In this document: piece after piece, positions 21,046 through 30,650 of the stretch | Layout of the letters: each line of letters starts with the position of its first letter | Numbering within the stretch: the first letter of the stretch is position 1 | Origin: a virus | Length of the DNA stretch: 64,000 nt | Reading direction: 5' to 3' (one strand) | Virus record (IMG/VR): IMGVR_UViG_3300021368_000004 | Coordinates: 22,747 to 86,746 of that record | Position numbers and translations under genes: made by a program | The notes under the pieces: model-generated | What the model saw: only the letters and a program-made list of their open reading frames with translations | The model's database searches: none | Told to the model about the DNA's origin: nothing

Positions 21046-21777
21046 TTATCTCAATGCTTTGTTAAATTCTGAATATATTTGTCCTATAACATCAGGTCTA
21101 ATTATTTTAATTCTTTTGCGATTCTCATTTTCTGCAATAAATCGTTCTGAAAATGTAACAGGAGTTACGACAGACGGTGCAGCTTGTAATGGATCTATAT
21201 CTACATAATTTCCATTTGCATCTTCATAATGATGCACTGCATTATATTGCTTACCAGCGAATTGTACGTTAATAGTATCAGGATTAAAGAAACCAAATCC
21301 AGCTTCAACAACCTCAGCAGCTTGAAAATCAAATGAATTTTCTACATCAACTATAATTTGTCCTAAGTCAGGATGTGTTTGTACAATATTTCCAAATGCG
21401 CCACTCTTTTTACCAGTAGCACGGTTACCTATTTTAAAATCACCCTTGAACCAATTATCAAATGTACGAATAAATTGGTGAGGATAATACTTACCCATCT
21501 GTTCAAATACTTCTTGAGCAGTTAAAGGCCATCCTTCTTCTTTTATTTTATCGTTAATATAATAAAATAACCAGTAATATCTAATATCTCCGTAAAGACG
21601 GTATGAAAGAATATCAGGTCTGTCTCCGTCTAATATAGTATAATCTGTATAAATCGTGATATCATCTTTTACTTGATCGATTATATCTACATATGTACCA
21701 AGGTTTTGTGCAACAACTGGATCTAATTCGTTGCCGAATCTATATAATACTTTAGGATAATTTCTGAAATGTGGCAT
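21046..21777 (-). CDS. gp53: Baseplate wedge subunit gp53
   Basis: YTILDGDRPDILSYRLYGD..YYW..WPL LysM-like motif; VHHYED. Confidence 0.9.
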   Translation of the reverse strand: MPHFRNYPKVLYRFGNELDPVVAQNLGTYVDIIDQVKDDITIYTDYTILDGDRPDILSYRLYGDIRYYWLFYYINDKIKEEGWPLTAQEVFEQMGKYYPHQFIRTFDNWFKGDFKIGNRATGKKSGAFGNIVQTHPDLGQIIVDVENSFDFQAAEVVEAGFGFFNPDTINVQFAGKQYNAVHHYEDANGNYVDIDPLQAAPSVVTPVTFSERFIAENENRKRIKIIRPDVIGQIYSEFNKALR

Positions 21778-22901
21778 TATTCAAAATCTCCCATTATATC
21801 ATCAGATGCTAATGCTGATGTTTTATTTAAATAATCTCTTTCTATTAATATGTCATGTTTGTTAAGTGGTCTATATTCGATAAACTTTAAAGACATTGTA
21901 GCATCGTGATATTTACCATTATCATAAAACGACATTGCAGTTGTATTATATGTTACATCGACCGCCTGCAAATATGCTGGCAAAAATCTAGTTATAATCG
22001 GTAATATACGACCATCTTCAGATGTATATGTTGCTTCAATAGTCATTAGATTAGGAAATCTATATGCTAAAGAAACTCCAGTATCACCTGCTCCTAATTC
22101 AACAGGTAATTGTTCCATTCTAAAAAAGTCAATTATGTTTTCTATAGCTATAGATTCTTCTTCACTAGTAGGGATCATTTGAAATGTAAATGACCATTCT
22201 CTAATATTCACTTGTTTAAATATAGATCTTGTATTTGGACTCACCTGAATACGTGTAGCATTAGTTACACCTAATCCTGCAGACGTATTAAGTTTACTCA
22301 CTAATCGATTAGCAAGAAGAGATCCAAACTCTCCACTTACATTACCTGCCATCATATCTCCAATACCACCTAATCCAGCAGATAATGCAGAACCCGCAAT
22401 ACTTGCTAAACTGCCAGTTCCACCCATAATTGCAGCAGACACTGCACCGCCTATAGGACCAAGATTTTCTGGTCCGACAGCTACGTTTTCCATTTGTTGT
22501 ACATTCATAGGTAAAAATAAAGATACGTGTCTATCTTCTAAATCACCAAAATAATCACTATTCTTACCTGTTCTTATAATAGGTTCTAAACCACGAACAG
22601 GATTTGCTTCACCTGCATTAGGTCCATCTGGCGATAAATCTGGAGTTTGTTCATCAGTTTTTTTCTTTATAGCTGTAAAATCTTTAAGATTATCGACTAA
22701 TGCAGTACCTACATTTTCTAATATTTCAGATAAATCTGTATCACCTAGAAAACTACTAACAGTTTGGCCATTTACTTTCATTGGTTGAAAATGCAATGAA
22801 GCTCTATAATTAGATTCATTAAGCATTCCTAGTGATACGTTCGGCGGAAACTCGTACCAATACTTTGCACCTTCAGTTATTTTTTCTCTGTGTGGAGGCA
22901 T
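21777..22901 (-). CDS. gp48: Baseplate tail tube cap gp48
   Basis: PNTRSIFKQVNIREWSFTFQMIPTSEEE, L..VDVTY. Confidence 0.8.
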   Translation of the reverse strand: MPPHREKITEGAKYWYEFPPNVSLGMLNESNYRASLHFQPMKVNGQTVSSFLGDTDLSEILENVGTALVDNLKDFTAIKKKTDEQTPDLSPDGPNAGEANPVRGLEPIIRTGKNSDYFGDLEDRHVSLFLPMNVQQMENVAVGPENLGPIGGAVSAAIMGGTGSLASIAGSALSAGLGGIGDMMAGNVSGEFGSLLANRLVSKLNTSAGLGVTNATRIQVSPNTRSIFKQVNIREWSFTFQMIPTSEEESIAIENIIDFFRMEQLPVELGAGDTGVSLAYRFPNLMTIEATYTSEDGRILPIITRFLPAYLQAVDVTYNTTAMSFYDNGKYHDATMSLKFIEYRPLNKHDILIERDYLNKTSALASDDIMGDFE

Positions 22902-22911
22902 ACTAATATCC

Positions 22912-22938
22912 TATAAATAAACATTTACACTATTTATA
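22912..22938. promoter_or_regulatory. Divergent overlapping T4 late promoters (TATAAATA + at 22912-22919; - at 22931-22938)
   Basis: Two exact matches between the divergent gp48 and gp4 genes. Confidence 0.85.
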
Positions 22939-22947
22939 ACAATTTTC

Positions 22948-23430
22948 ATGGCGTACTCTGGAAAATTCAAACCTAAAAATCCTAAGAAGTATAAAGGCGA
23001 CTTCACTAACATTGTTTTTAGATCGATGTGGGAGAAATATTGTTTTAAATGGTGTGATGAGAATGCAGATGTGAAATCATGGTCTAGTGAAGAGACTGTG
23101 ATACCATACCTATATGAAGTAGATAAGAAGTATCATCGGTACTTCATGGACCTTAAGATTACATTTAAATCAGGCCAAACAATCCTTGTAGAAATTAAAC
23201 CATCAAATCAGACCGTACCGCCCGTGTACCCGGGTAGGAAGACAAAGAGATATATCAGTGAAGGTCTAACATATGTGAAGAATCAAAACAAATGGAAAGC
23301 TGCACAACGATATGCAAAAGACCGTGGTTATGGTTTTCAGATATGGACTGAACATACTCTTGAAAAGATGGGAATCATGCCAAAGTCTAGTAAACCACTT
23401 AAACCATATACACGCAAAAAACGTGTATAA
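22948..23430 (+). CDS. gp4: Head completion nuclease gp4
   Basis: YSGKFKPKNPKKYKGD, RSMWE, WSSEE, HRYFMD, VEIKP, NQNKW. Confidence 0.95.
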   Translation: MAYSGKFKPKNPKKYKGDFTNIVFRSMWEKYCFKWCDENADVKSWSSEETVIPYLYEVDKKYHRYFMDLKITFKSGQTILVEIKPSNQTVPPVYPGRKTKRYISEGLTYVKNQNKWKAAQRYAKDRGYGFQIWTEHTLEKMGIMPKSSKPLKPYTRKKRV

Positions 23431-23433
23431 ATA
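23426..23433 (+). promoter_or_regulatory. T4-type late promoter TATAAATA
   Basis: Exact match just upstream of gp2. Confidence 0.6.
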
Positions 23434-23438
23434 GATGC

Positions 23439-23984
23439 ATGGCGACAAGTAATTTATTTTCAGATTTAGAGATTGCAGCATTCCGTGCAGGTATAACACC
23501 ACGGACAAAAGAATCTATTGCATGGTTTAGAAAGAAAGCTACTCAATTAGGTACAGTAACTGGCGGTTCTATCTTTAGAGATGAACAAGTAAAGATGCGA
23601 GCTTCTCTAAGAAATCCAGTAGGTAACATGTATATGTTCTATTATAATGCAAAATATAGAAATACATTGCCATACTTTGATGCGTTTCCACTTGTTGTAA
23701 TAACATCGCTTGCCGAAGGTGGTTTCTATGGTTTAAACTTACATTATCTACCACCTGTTATGAGAGCTAAAGCACTCAATGGATTGTTGGGTAGTGACGG
23801 TTTACCAGCAAAATATTACAAACCTACTATACATAGATACTTAACATCACAAGTACGTAGTAAGTTTGCATTAATTGATAAACCAGAATGGGAAATAGCC
23901 ACGTTTTTACCAGCAGCACAATGGAGAGGTGCAGGTGTTGGTAAAGTATATCAAGATTCAAGGAGCAAAGTAAGAAATGGCTAG
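23439..23984 (+). CDS. gp2: DNA end protector protein gp2
   Basis: MYMFYYNAK...LPYFDAFPLV, GLNLHYLPP. Confidence 0.9.
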   Translation: MATSNLFSDLEIAAFRAGITPRTKESIAWFRKKATQLGTVTGGSIFRDEQVKMRASLRNPVGNMYMFYYNAKYRNTLPYFDAFPLVVITSLAEGGFYGLNLHYLPPVMRAKALNGLLGSDGLPAKYYKPTIHRYLTSQVRSKFALIDKPEWEIATFLPAAQWRGAGVGKVYQDSRSKVRNG

Positions 23985-24621
23985 CATAAATGAAATTAAA
24001 GCGTTAGCATCTCGTAAGGGTGGTTTCGCGCAATCAAGTCAATTTTTAGTAAAGCTTCCAGATATTGGTTTCTATAACACAAGAGATTTGAATATACTTT
24101 GTAAAAATGTAGTTCTGCCAGGTAGACAGATATTAACAAGTGACAGAGTCATAGGTGTTAAGCAAACTAAAGTTGCATATGGATTTGCAACAGGACCCGT
24201 AAGTATGACATTTCAAGTGTTAAATGATTATGGTGTAAAAGAATATTTTGAACTATGGCAAAATAGAATAATTAATAATGGAAATTATGCACCAACATAT
24301 AAAAATACATATGCACGAGATATGCAAATCGTACAATTAAAAAAAGGTGTGGGATTTGATACAGACTTACAACTGGGTCCATTCAGACTAGACATAGATT
24401 TATTCAAGAGCGCTAATGTTGTATATGAATGTACACTTTTAAATGCATTTCCAACTTCTATGGTTGATATAGCATTATCTAATGAAAATGGATTAGTCGA
24501 ATTAACAATGGAATTTGAATATGATAATTGGAAGAGTGCTAGGTTCTACAATGATGCTAGTACTCAAAACTTAAGACTATTAGGAACCCTAATAAATACG
24601 GTTAATAATATTGTAAATTAA
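23977..24621 (+). CDS. gp54: Baseplate tail tube initiator gp54 (gp19 superfamily)
   Basis: C..V.LPG, YFELWQ, L.NAFP, F.Y..W; synteny. Confidence 0.7.
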   Translation: MASINEIKALASRKGGFAQSSQFLVKLPDIGFYNTRDLNILCKNVVLPGRQILTSDRVIGVKQTKVAYGFATGPVSMTFQVLNDYGVKEYFELWQNRIINNGNYAPTYKNTYARDMQIVQLKKGVGFDTDLQLGPFRLDIDLFKSANVVYECTLLNAFPTSMVDIALSNENGLVELTMEFEYDNWKSARFYNDASTQNLRLLGTLINTVNNIVN

Positions 24622-24633
24622 TGAGGTTATATT

Positions 24634-25338
24634 ATGGCACTGCCAAAACTGAATGATACGCCTAAGTATAGCGTAGATATACCATCAATGAAGAAAACGG
24701 TTAAGTTCAGACCGTTCTTAGTGAAAGAAGAAAAAGTTTTATTATTGGCAATGGAATCTGATGAAGAAGATCAGGTACTCGGAGCAATAATGGATACTAT
24801 TGAATCATGTATTATGGACGATATCAATATCACTCAACTAACTACATATGATATTGAATATTTGTTTACAAAGATACGTGGTAAATCAGTAGGTGAAACA
24901 ACTAGAGTTAAACTTAAATGCGAGACTTGTGAAACAGAGAACGAGGTTGTGATCCCACTAGATGAAATTAAAGTAATTGGAGATGATGTAGATCCAATTA
25001 TTGAACTACAACCTGGTATGCAACTTGAAATGAGACATCCAGCTTATTATGAATTAAAGAATGACGAACATATTCAATCAGGTGAAACAGCTGCGGCTAC
25101 ATTCGCTATGATTAGGCATTGTCTAAAGGCTATAAAAACTGAAGATAGTATTATAAACTTGAAGGATGAGCCAACTAAAGATGTGGATGATTTTATTGAG
25201 AGTATGAATACAGAACAATTTGAAAAGGTCAGAGAGTTTGTAGAAACAATACCGGCCATGAAACATGATGTAGAATTTAATTGCTCATGCGGGCATCATA
25301 ATAAAATAGAATTGAAAGGAATGCAATCTTTTTTCTAG
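24634..25338 (+). CDS. gp26: Baseplate hub subunit gp26
   Basis: MALPKL..P.Y, FRPFLVKEEKVLL, DIEYLF..IRGKSVGE, G..SFF. Confidence 0.9.
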   Translation: MALPKLNDTPKYSVDIPSMKKTVKFRPFLVKEEKVLLLAMESDEEDQVLGAIMDTIESCIMDDINITQLTTYDIEYLFTKIRGKSVGETTRVKLKCETCETENEVVIPLDEIKVIGDDVDPIIELQPGMQLEMRHPAYYELKNDEHIQSGETAAATFAMIRHCLKAIKTEDSIINLKDEPTKDVDDFIESMNTEQFEKVREFVETIPAMKHDVEFNCSCGHHNKIELKGMQSFF

Positions 25339-25526
25339 TGTGTCTATCTCACACGAGCCTGTTAGATTACTACAACACGGTATTTCAACTAATGCAACAT
25401 CATAAGTATTCGTTGAGTGAGATAGACGGAATGATACCATGGGAAAAAGATGTGTACATTAGTATGTTAGCTGAATTTATAAGAGAACAAAAAGAAGAAA
25501 TGAATAGGCAAAAATACAATGGTTAA
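25338..25526 (+). CDS. gp51: Baseplate hub assembly catalyst gp51
   Basis: YY...FQLMQHHKYSLSEIDGMIPWE. Confidence 0.85.
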   Translation: MCLSHTSLLDYYNTVFQLMQHHKYSLSEIDGMIPWEKDVYISMLAEFIREQKEEMNRQKYNG

Positions 25527-27162
25527 AACAACATCACAAGGACCTGAAACAAGATTTGGCACTCTGTCAAATGTTGTAGATCAGCTAAAACAAACTAATC
25601 AGCTTTTAGATAAACAAGGTTCAGCTCTCATTAATTTTATAAAAAGTCAGGAAAAAACAAAAGCTTTAGCTTCTAAAGATGCTTTAGAATCTGGTAGAGA
25701 AGGAAGAGCCGGTGGTGGAAGAATGATGGGTGCAGGCCGAGCTATTTTAAGAGGCGGGGCCGAAATGACAGGTCTACCTGCATTAGGCAGAGGCTTAGGT
25801 ATGTTACTAGCTCCTATCACAGCTGGTATCGGATTCATATTAAAGCCATTAAAATTTTTAGGTAAACTTTTAATAAAAGGTGGACCTATAGGATTATTAA
25901 TAACTGGTATGTATCTATTTTTTAAAGATATAGCAGAAAATCCTACGTTTAATAAAGTCATAGAAAATCTAAAAACAACTTGGAATGACAGTATTGTTCC
26001 AACATTTACAAGTATAAAAGAATCTGTAGATGCAATATTAAGTAATGACGGCGTAAAAGATGCATTTGAATCTATAAAAAAATGGTTTGTTAATTTTAAA
26101 ACACAGATTCAAGACTGGGTTTTAGTTAACCTTGAAATCATTACAAATACTATAGCAGGTGTTCTAAAAGGCGTAGATGATCTATTAAAAGGTGATTGGA
26201 AAGCCGGAATCAGTAAAATAGGTAAATCACTATTTAACGGCATCAAAAATTTCTTCGATAATGCTATGACTAACATATTAGAATTATTTGGCATAGACTT
26301 TGGGGAGGGAGGATCTTTCCTAACTAGTGCAGAGGGTATTATCAATACATTACTTATTAATATGCTTTCTAAATTTAATGATTTTAAACAAGGCATTAAA
26401 GATAGTTTTGCTTCTATGATTAATTTCTTTGTAGGAGAAAACGGTTATGTAATGACTACTATTACTAGTATGAAGCTTAGTATTACTAATAAGTGGAATT
26501 CATTTAAAGAAACTGTCGTATCTACATGGCAAAGAATGGTAGAAGACGTAAAGACTGCATTCACGGATGCAGTAGATAATATAATCTTAAAAAACGTGGC
26601 TAAAATTGTAGGTTTAAAAGATGGTATGATTGAGAAGTGGGGTGAAATAAAAGATAGTTTAATGGAATCTATAGGTGCCGTAGCTATGTGGTTTAAATTT
26701 AAACCAAGAGAATTAGGTCTTTTATTAGAAGAAAAATGGGTTGAGACTAAAGGTGTATTTTTAGAAAAACTAGCTTCATTTGCTGGCACAATCCAAGCAA
26801 TTCCTTCTCAATTAAAATTAGCGTTATTAGAAAATCTCAAAGAAACTCCATTACTAGGAGGATTAGTAACTGATAATATGTTAGCTAATGCTCGAGCAAA
26901 TGTTGATAGTGGAAAAGGTTTTGCTGAAATGCTTATAGCAGATCAAAGGTCTAAAACCCAAGAGGAATTGAAAAGAATACAAAAAGATCGTATTGCTTTA
27001 GGAATGGAAAAGATAAGAGCTGAAAGAGCTATGACGACTGTTTTACAACAAAATACTGGTGGAACAACAGTTAATACAACTAATTTAAATCCTAATTCAG
27101 GATCGGTAGCTGACCCATACGCATCAAGCTATATGGGTCATGCATTACCTGGAGCTTTTTAG
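25519..27162 (+). CDS. Tape measure / baseplate hub protein (gp29-like)
   Basis: Helical W/F periodic repeats, 547 aa, follows gp26-gp51. Confidence 0.7.
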   Translation: MVKTTSQGPETRFGTLSNVVDQLKQTNQLLDKQGSALINFIKSQEKTKALASKDALESGREGRAGGGRMMGAGRAILRGGAEMTGLPALGRGLGMLLAPITAGIGFILKPLKFLGKLLIKGGPIGLLITGMYLFFKDIAENPTFNKVIENLKTTWNDSIVPTFTSIKESVDAILSNDGVKDAFESIKKWFVNFKTQIQDWVLVNLEIITNTIAGVLKGVDDLLKGDWKAGISKIGKSLFNGIKNFFDNAMTNILELFGIDFGEGGSFLTSAEGIINTLLINMLSKFNDFKQGIKDSFASMINFFVGENGYVMTTITSMKLSITNKWNSFKETVVSTWQRMVEDVKTAFTDAVDNIILKNVAKIVGLKDGMIEKWGEIKDSLMESIGAVAMWFKFKPRELGLLLEEKWVETKGVFLEKLASFAGTIQAIPSQLKLALLENLKETPLLGGLVTDNMLANARANVDSGKGFAEMLIADQRSKTQEELKRIQKDRIALGMEKIRAERAMTTVLQQNTGGTTVNTTNLNPNSGSVADPYASSYMGHALPGAF

Positions 27163-28076
27163 TCAGCGTTTGCTAACCGAGCGAAGTAGCTCATAGTATC
27201 TTCTTCGTTTTCTTCCGATACTTGCTCAGCAGTTACCGGTTCTTGTGGGATGTGAGGATTCACAGCCGCTGCTGGTTCTTTAGGTGGCGCAACCTCATCT
27301 AGTGATACGGCTGCGGCAACTGTTTGTGGTGCAGTCATTCCAAGAATAGTATTCAACTTAGTCTTTAGTTCATCATATGATTTATAATTCTTTGGATCTG
27401 TCCACTCAGATAGATCATGCATCTGATTATAGATTGTTTCTAAAGCTGCATCATCATCTGCTATTGCACTTTTCGATGCAAATTCAGATTTATCATAGTT
27501 ACGATACCCTTCAACCTGACGAATCTTCAGTTTAAAGTTAGCACCTTCCCACATGTCGAACGGATTCACCGGTTCTTCATCTTGGAATTGTGGTTGCATC
27601 ATATCCATAATCTTATCGAAGATCTTCTTACCATACTGATACATGAATATCTTGCCTTCGTTGGCAGGATTACCTGGATCAGATACAACAAGAATGTTTG
27701 AGACATAATGAAGTCGACGCTTTTGTGTACGTGCTTTATCTTTGTCTGCTTCGATACCAGAATTCCATAGTAGAGAGTTCATCTCACCGACTGGATCATT
27801 CAATCCAATAGATGTTAGTGACTTTTCAATATACCATTGACCTTGTGGACCTTTAAATCCATGATCCCAATATCGGGCCCATGGAACATCTTGTCCTTCT
27901 CCGGCTGGTAGAAAACGAATGACTGCGTAACCATTACCGGCTTTATCAACCGTTGGCTTCCACATTCTTTCGTCTACATAGGATTTTTTTTCTGTATTAC
28001 CGCCACCGACTGCTTCGGCTGCTTGTAATAAATTTGATATTTGATCGCGATTGCGTTTTAAGTTTGCAAAACTCAT
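27159..28076 (-). CDS. gp32: Single-stranded DNA-binding protein gp32
   Basis: DKAGNGYAVIRFLP, GKKIFDKI, GANFKLK, NYDKSEF, acidic tail ending YFARLA. Confidence 0.97.
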   Translation of the reverse strand: MSFANLKRNRDQISNLLQAAEAVGGGNTEKKSYVDERMWKPTVDKAGNGYAVIRFLPAGEGQDVPWARYWDHGFKGPQGQWYIEKSLTSIGLNDPVGEMNSLLWNSGIEADKDKARTQKRRLHYVSNILVVSDPGNPANEGKIFMYQYGKKIFDKIMDMMQPQFQDEEPVNPFDMWEGANFKLKIRQVEGYRNYDKSEFASKSAIADDDAALETIYNQMHDLSEWTDPKNYKSYDELKTKLNTILGMTAPQTVAAAVSLDEVAPPKEPAAAVNPHIPQEPVTAEQVSEENEEDTMSYFARLANAD

Positions 28077-28110
28077 ATGTTACCTCATATTGCTGAAATG
28101 TTACTGAAAT

Positions 28111-28139
28111 ATTATACACTGGATAATTCATAATGTACA
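28111..28139 (-). promoter_or_regulatory. Sigma70-type early promoter for gp32 (TGTACA-17-TATAAT)
   Basis: Matches the consensus shared by 10 sites in the window. Confidence 0.8.
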
Positions 28140-28146
28140 TGTATAT

Positions 28147-28383
28147 TTATTCAAAAAAACTATCATCCAGTGAATTTGTTTTAGGCAATAAATTAAGAGA
28201 CATTGCCTCAGCCTCAAGTTTGTCCTTGATAATAGGACTCACAAACTTTCGAACATCTTCTGGTTCGATGTTGTTCTTTTCGCAGATGTCGAGGATTGCA
28301 TCCATATAGGATAGCTTCTTCTGTACAACAGCCTCCTCGATCATCTTGCCAAATTTAGATTTAGTTAGAAACTCTTCGCTCAT
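28147..28383 (-). CDS. gp33: Late transcription coactivator gp33
   Basis: IE..V....SYMDAIL..CE...IE......I...IK.KLEAEA..LNLL. Confidence 0.9.
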   Translation of the reverse strand: MSEEFLTKSKFGKMIEEAVVQKKLSYMDAILDICEKNNIEPEDVRKFVSPIIKDKLEAEAMSLNLLPKTNSLDDSFFE

Positions 28384-28857
28384 TTAATCTCCCATAGTTA
28401 AGTCATCCCAAACAGTTCCGATGTCTGAGTAGAATACACCATGCGTACGTTTTGCCATACCGTCTTTATCATAGGCAGGCACAACACTACGCCATTTAAT
28501 TTTATTCTGTTGATACTCACCATAGCAATCATCAACATAGTCACCATCACGTAAGTACTTCTCAAGATTACGAATGTAAGCCTGATGATTAGCTACACGT
28601 GCAGGTGCACCTTTTGTATTTGCTCGTAGATCTTTACGAGCGAGTGCTAACTCTTCACGCTGAGTCTTAATCCAACCTTGTATCTTTCGAAAGTGAAAGG
28701 GATCATCCTCAGTCCGTGCAAGCACAGTCTCGTGGATGTATTTGTATTGAGGTGGATTAGCCGCCTGTCTTTTTGCTCTAGCTTTTGCTAGACGTTCACC
28801 AGCTGCTTTGCGCTGTTCTTCTGACATAGGCTTGCGTTTTTTACGAATTTTAACCAT
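28384..28857 (-). CDS. Conserved hypothetical protein of marine T4-like phages
   Basis: RKPMSEEQRKAAGERLAKAR; YIRNLEKYLRDG. Confidence 0.65.
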   Translation of the reverse strand: MVKIRKKRKPMSEEQRKAAGERLAKARAKRQAANPPQYKYIHETVLARTEDDPFHFRKIQGWIKTQREELALARKDLRANTKGAPARVANHQAYIRNLEKYLRDGDYVDDCYGEYQQNKIKWRSVVPAYDKDGMAKRTHGVFYSDIGTVWDDLTMGD

Positions 28858-28879
28858 ACTATTTCTCCTTCATAATAGT

Positions 28880-28908
28880 ATTCTATCACAGTTTTACGCA
28901 ATTGTACA
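28880..28908 (-). promoter_or_regulatory. Early promoter TGTACA-17-TAGAAT
   Basis: Consensus match with A-rich UP element. Confidence 0.75.
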
Positions 28909-28929
28909 CAGTTAAATTTATTTTTTTAT

Positions 28930-28955
28930 GAGGTGTGATAATTATGTTACACCTC
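28930..28955. promoter_or_regulatory. Palindromic GTGACA-N4-TGTCAC-type site
   Basis: gaggtGTGATAattaTGTTACacctc; the motif recurs upstream of 6 promoters. Confidence 0.55.
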
Positions 28956-29156
28956 TGAATCAGGATGTAAGATAATTTGCTCACCATCCTGATCAATTCC
29001 TGTTTTTAGAAAACCTTTATCAATGAGAATTGTAATAGTCGTATCTATTATTTCGTCAGTCTGACGTTGTGCATATGACTTACCGATCATATACGCAACA
29101 CCTGATGCAACGAATAATAGTATCCACATTAATATCTGATAATCAATACCTGTCAT
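28947..29156 (-). CDS. Small membrane-anchored hypothetical protein
   Basis: N-terminal hydrophobic helix. Confidence 0.6.
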   Translation of the reverse strand: MTGIDYQILMWILLFVASGVAYMIGKSYAQRQTDEIIDTTITILIDKGFLKTGIDQDGEQIILHPDSEV

Positions 29157-29407
29157 TCACATACAAAGCTCACTACATTAGAAATCCTAAATGATCTCCA
29201 ACCTTCTTTATTTACATCCCATACAGCAAGAACCTCTTCGTTCAAATCACGAACTTTCTTTTGTGTAATAGGATCTTTAGTCGCTTTTGGAATTACATCT
29301 TCCCTAAGCGTACAAATCATATTACGTTCCTCGCCGTTTAGTTTTGTAAATATCACTCGACACTGTGATGTTTGCAGCATCTCCATCATCTCGTTTCTTG
29401 TAAGCAT
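29153..29407 (-). CDS. WYL-like / SH3 beta-barrel protein
   Basis: V.FTK.NGEER.M.CTL ... VWDV.KEGWRSFR motif. Confidence 0.7.
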   Translation of the reverse strand: MLTRNEMMEMLQTSQCRVIFTKLNGEERNMICTLREDVIPKATKDPITQKKVRDLNEEVLAVWDVNKEGWRSFRISNVVSFVCE

Positions 29408-29630
29408 CTTTCACCTCCAATGTGTATGTGCCTTCAGGTAATGTCCAAGCTTTCATTAGCTTGTAATACATTGTTGCAGTCATAGTTATAACGTCAAAGA
29501 ACTGTATTTTTTCATTCCATTGTCGTATATAAACTAAGTCGTCATATATGAGCACAGAAACATCCTCACCACCTAAGTCATTTAAAATGGTGATCAGTGT
29601 TTCATCCATATCATTTTCGATAGTAAACAT
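29322..29630 (-). CDS. Hypothetical protein
   Basis: ORF in operon; MFTIE..D...IT.L, YIRQW. Confidence 0.6.
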   Translation of the reverse strand: MFTIENDMDETLITILNDLGGEDVSVLIYDDLVYIRQWNEKIQFFDVITMTATMYYKLMKAWTLPEGTYTLEVKDAYKKRDDGDAANITVSSDIYKTKRRGT

Positions 29631-29791
29631 TAGTCTATCATAATCTCTTCTTCCGGTTCATATTCGATAAACATCTTTAATGTTCCGCCGTCATCTTGTA
29701 AATCAAATTGTACAGCAGTTACATTATTTCTTACAAGCTGTCTACCATTATTATCTATAACTTCAATTCGTTCAATCTTTTCCCAGTCCAT
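29630..29791 (-). CDS. Small hypothetical protein, 53 aa (MDWEKIERIEVIDNNGRQLV...LQDDGGTLKMF), absent from the ORF track
   Basis: Fills the gap exactly; its stop overlaps the next ATG. Confidence 0.65.
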   Translation of the reverse strand: MDWEKIERIEVIDNNGRQLVRNNVTAVQFDLQDDGGTLKMFIEYEPEEEIMID

Positions 29792-30116
29792 ACTCAAATC
29801 CAATCACTATACCAGGTTCAATATTACCATTTACATCTTCAGCTGCTGGACTAATAAAAAAGTTTTTATATGTTGCTCTCATAAAAGGAACAACATCATT
29901 GAGTTCGTCGTATCCAGTAGAGATTCCTATCTCAGCACCAAAGTCTTTATATTCATATCTATAGCCGGCATACAGACTCATTCTGTCCATACTATTATAA
30001 TATGCACCAGCAATTTTACCGTCATCTTGCCATCTCACGTGTGGGTGTATCTGATTATAATCGCCTTCTAATCCTACGTGAAGTGATAAGCCTATGGCAA
30101 GTGCGAGACTACTCAT
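29772..30116 (-). CDS. Small outer-membrane beta-barrel-like protein (PagP-like fold suspected)
   Basis: H....YN..HP, GAYYNS..R.S.YAG, G.STGY; alternating beta-strand pattern. Confidence 0.45.
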   Translation of the reverse strand: MSSLALAIGLSLHVGLEGDYNQIHPHVRWQDDGKIAGAYYNSMDRMSLYAGYRYEYKDFGAEIGISTGYDELNDVVPFMRATYKNFFISPAAEDVNGNIEPGIVIGFEYGLGKD

Positions 30117-30454
30117 CGCCTCATCTTTGCCATAGCTTCTGCATCTTTCTTACGTGTAACAGGTACACTATTAGATTTATGCATAGTGCCTATACCAATG
30201 ATATAGTCACCTGTGTATTGATTTGCCTTGCCCTTTGGACAAGTGCCAGGTATGGCATCAGAAGTCTTAACGCCTGAATCTCCATCATTTCTATATGTAG
30301 GTATTTCTGATCTAACATCTGATGCCTTACCCTTTACGCCCATCTTCTTTAGAAAGGCTTCGTGATGTGCCATGGCTTCTTTCCATCCAGGTTTACGTTT
30401 AACCTTACGACGGCTACCATGAACTTGTACACCACGAATCATATGCATACTCAT
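30113..30454 (-). CDS. Conserved hypothetical protein (YTG..IIGIGTMHKSN.VPV)
   Basis: Start moved to ATG 30454, preceded by AAGGAG. Confidence 0.7.
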   Translation of the reverse strand: MSMHMIRGVQVHGSRRKVKRKPGWKEAMAHHEAFLKKMGVKGKASDVRSEIPTYRNDGDSGVKTSDAIPGTCPKGKANQYTGDYIIGIGTMHKSNSVPVTRKKDAEAMAKMRR

Positions 30455-30464
30455 AATAATCTCC

Positions 30465-30650
30465 TTGTCAATTGGAGGGGCTTCTCGAGTGCCCCTCCAA
30501 CCTATCTGCATTTAACGTATGCAGCAACCGACTGAGTTTATCGGTACCAGTGACTAAACCGACCTAAATGCCCTGTACAGGAACTTTCAATTACATCTAG
30601 GCTTTTTTGGGTACGTTTGGCGTAATTGCCAGGCTTTCCCCTTTGCCTAT
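30465..30650 (-). ncRNA. Candidate structured RNA / leader
   Basis: About 190 nt GC-richer intergenic region with several hairpins, including a perfect 10-bp stem at 30472-30500. Confidence 0.4.
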
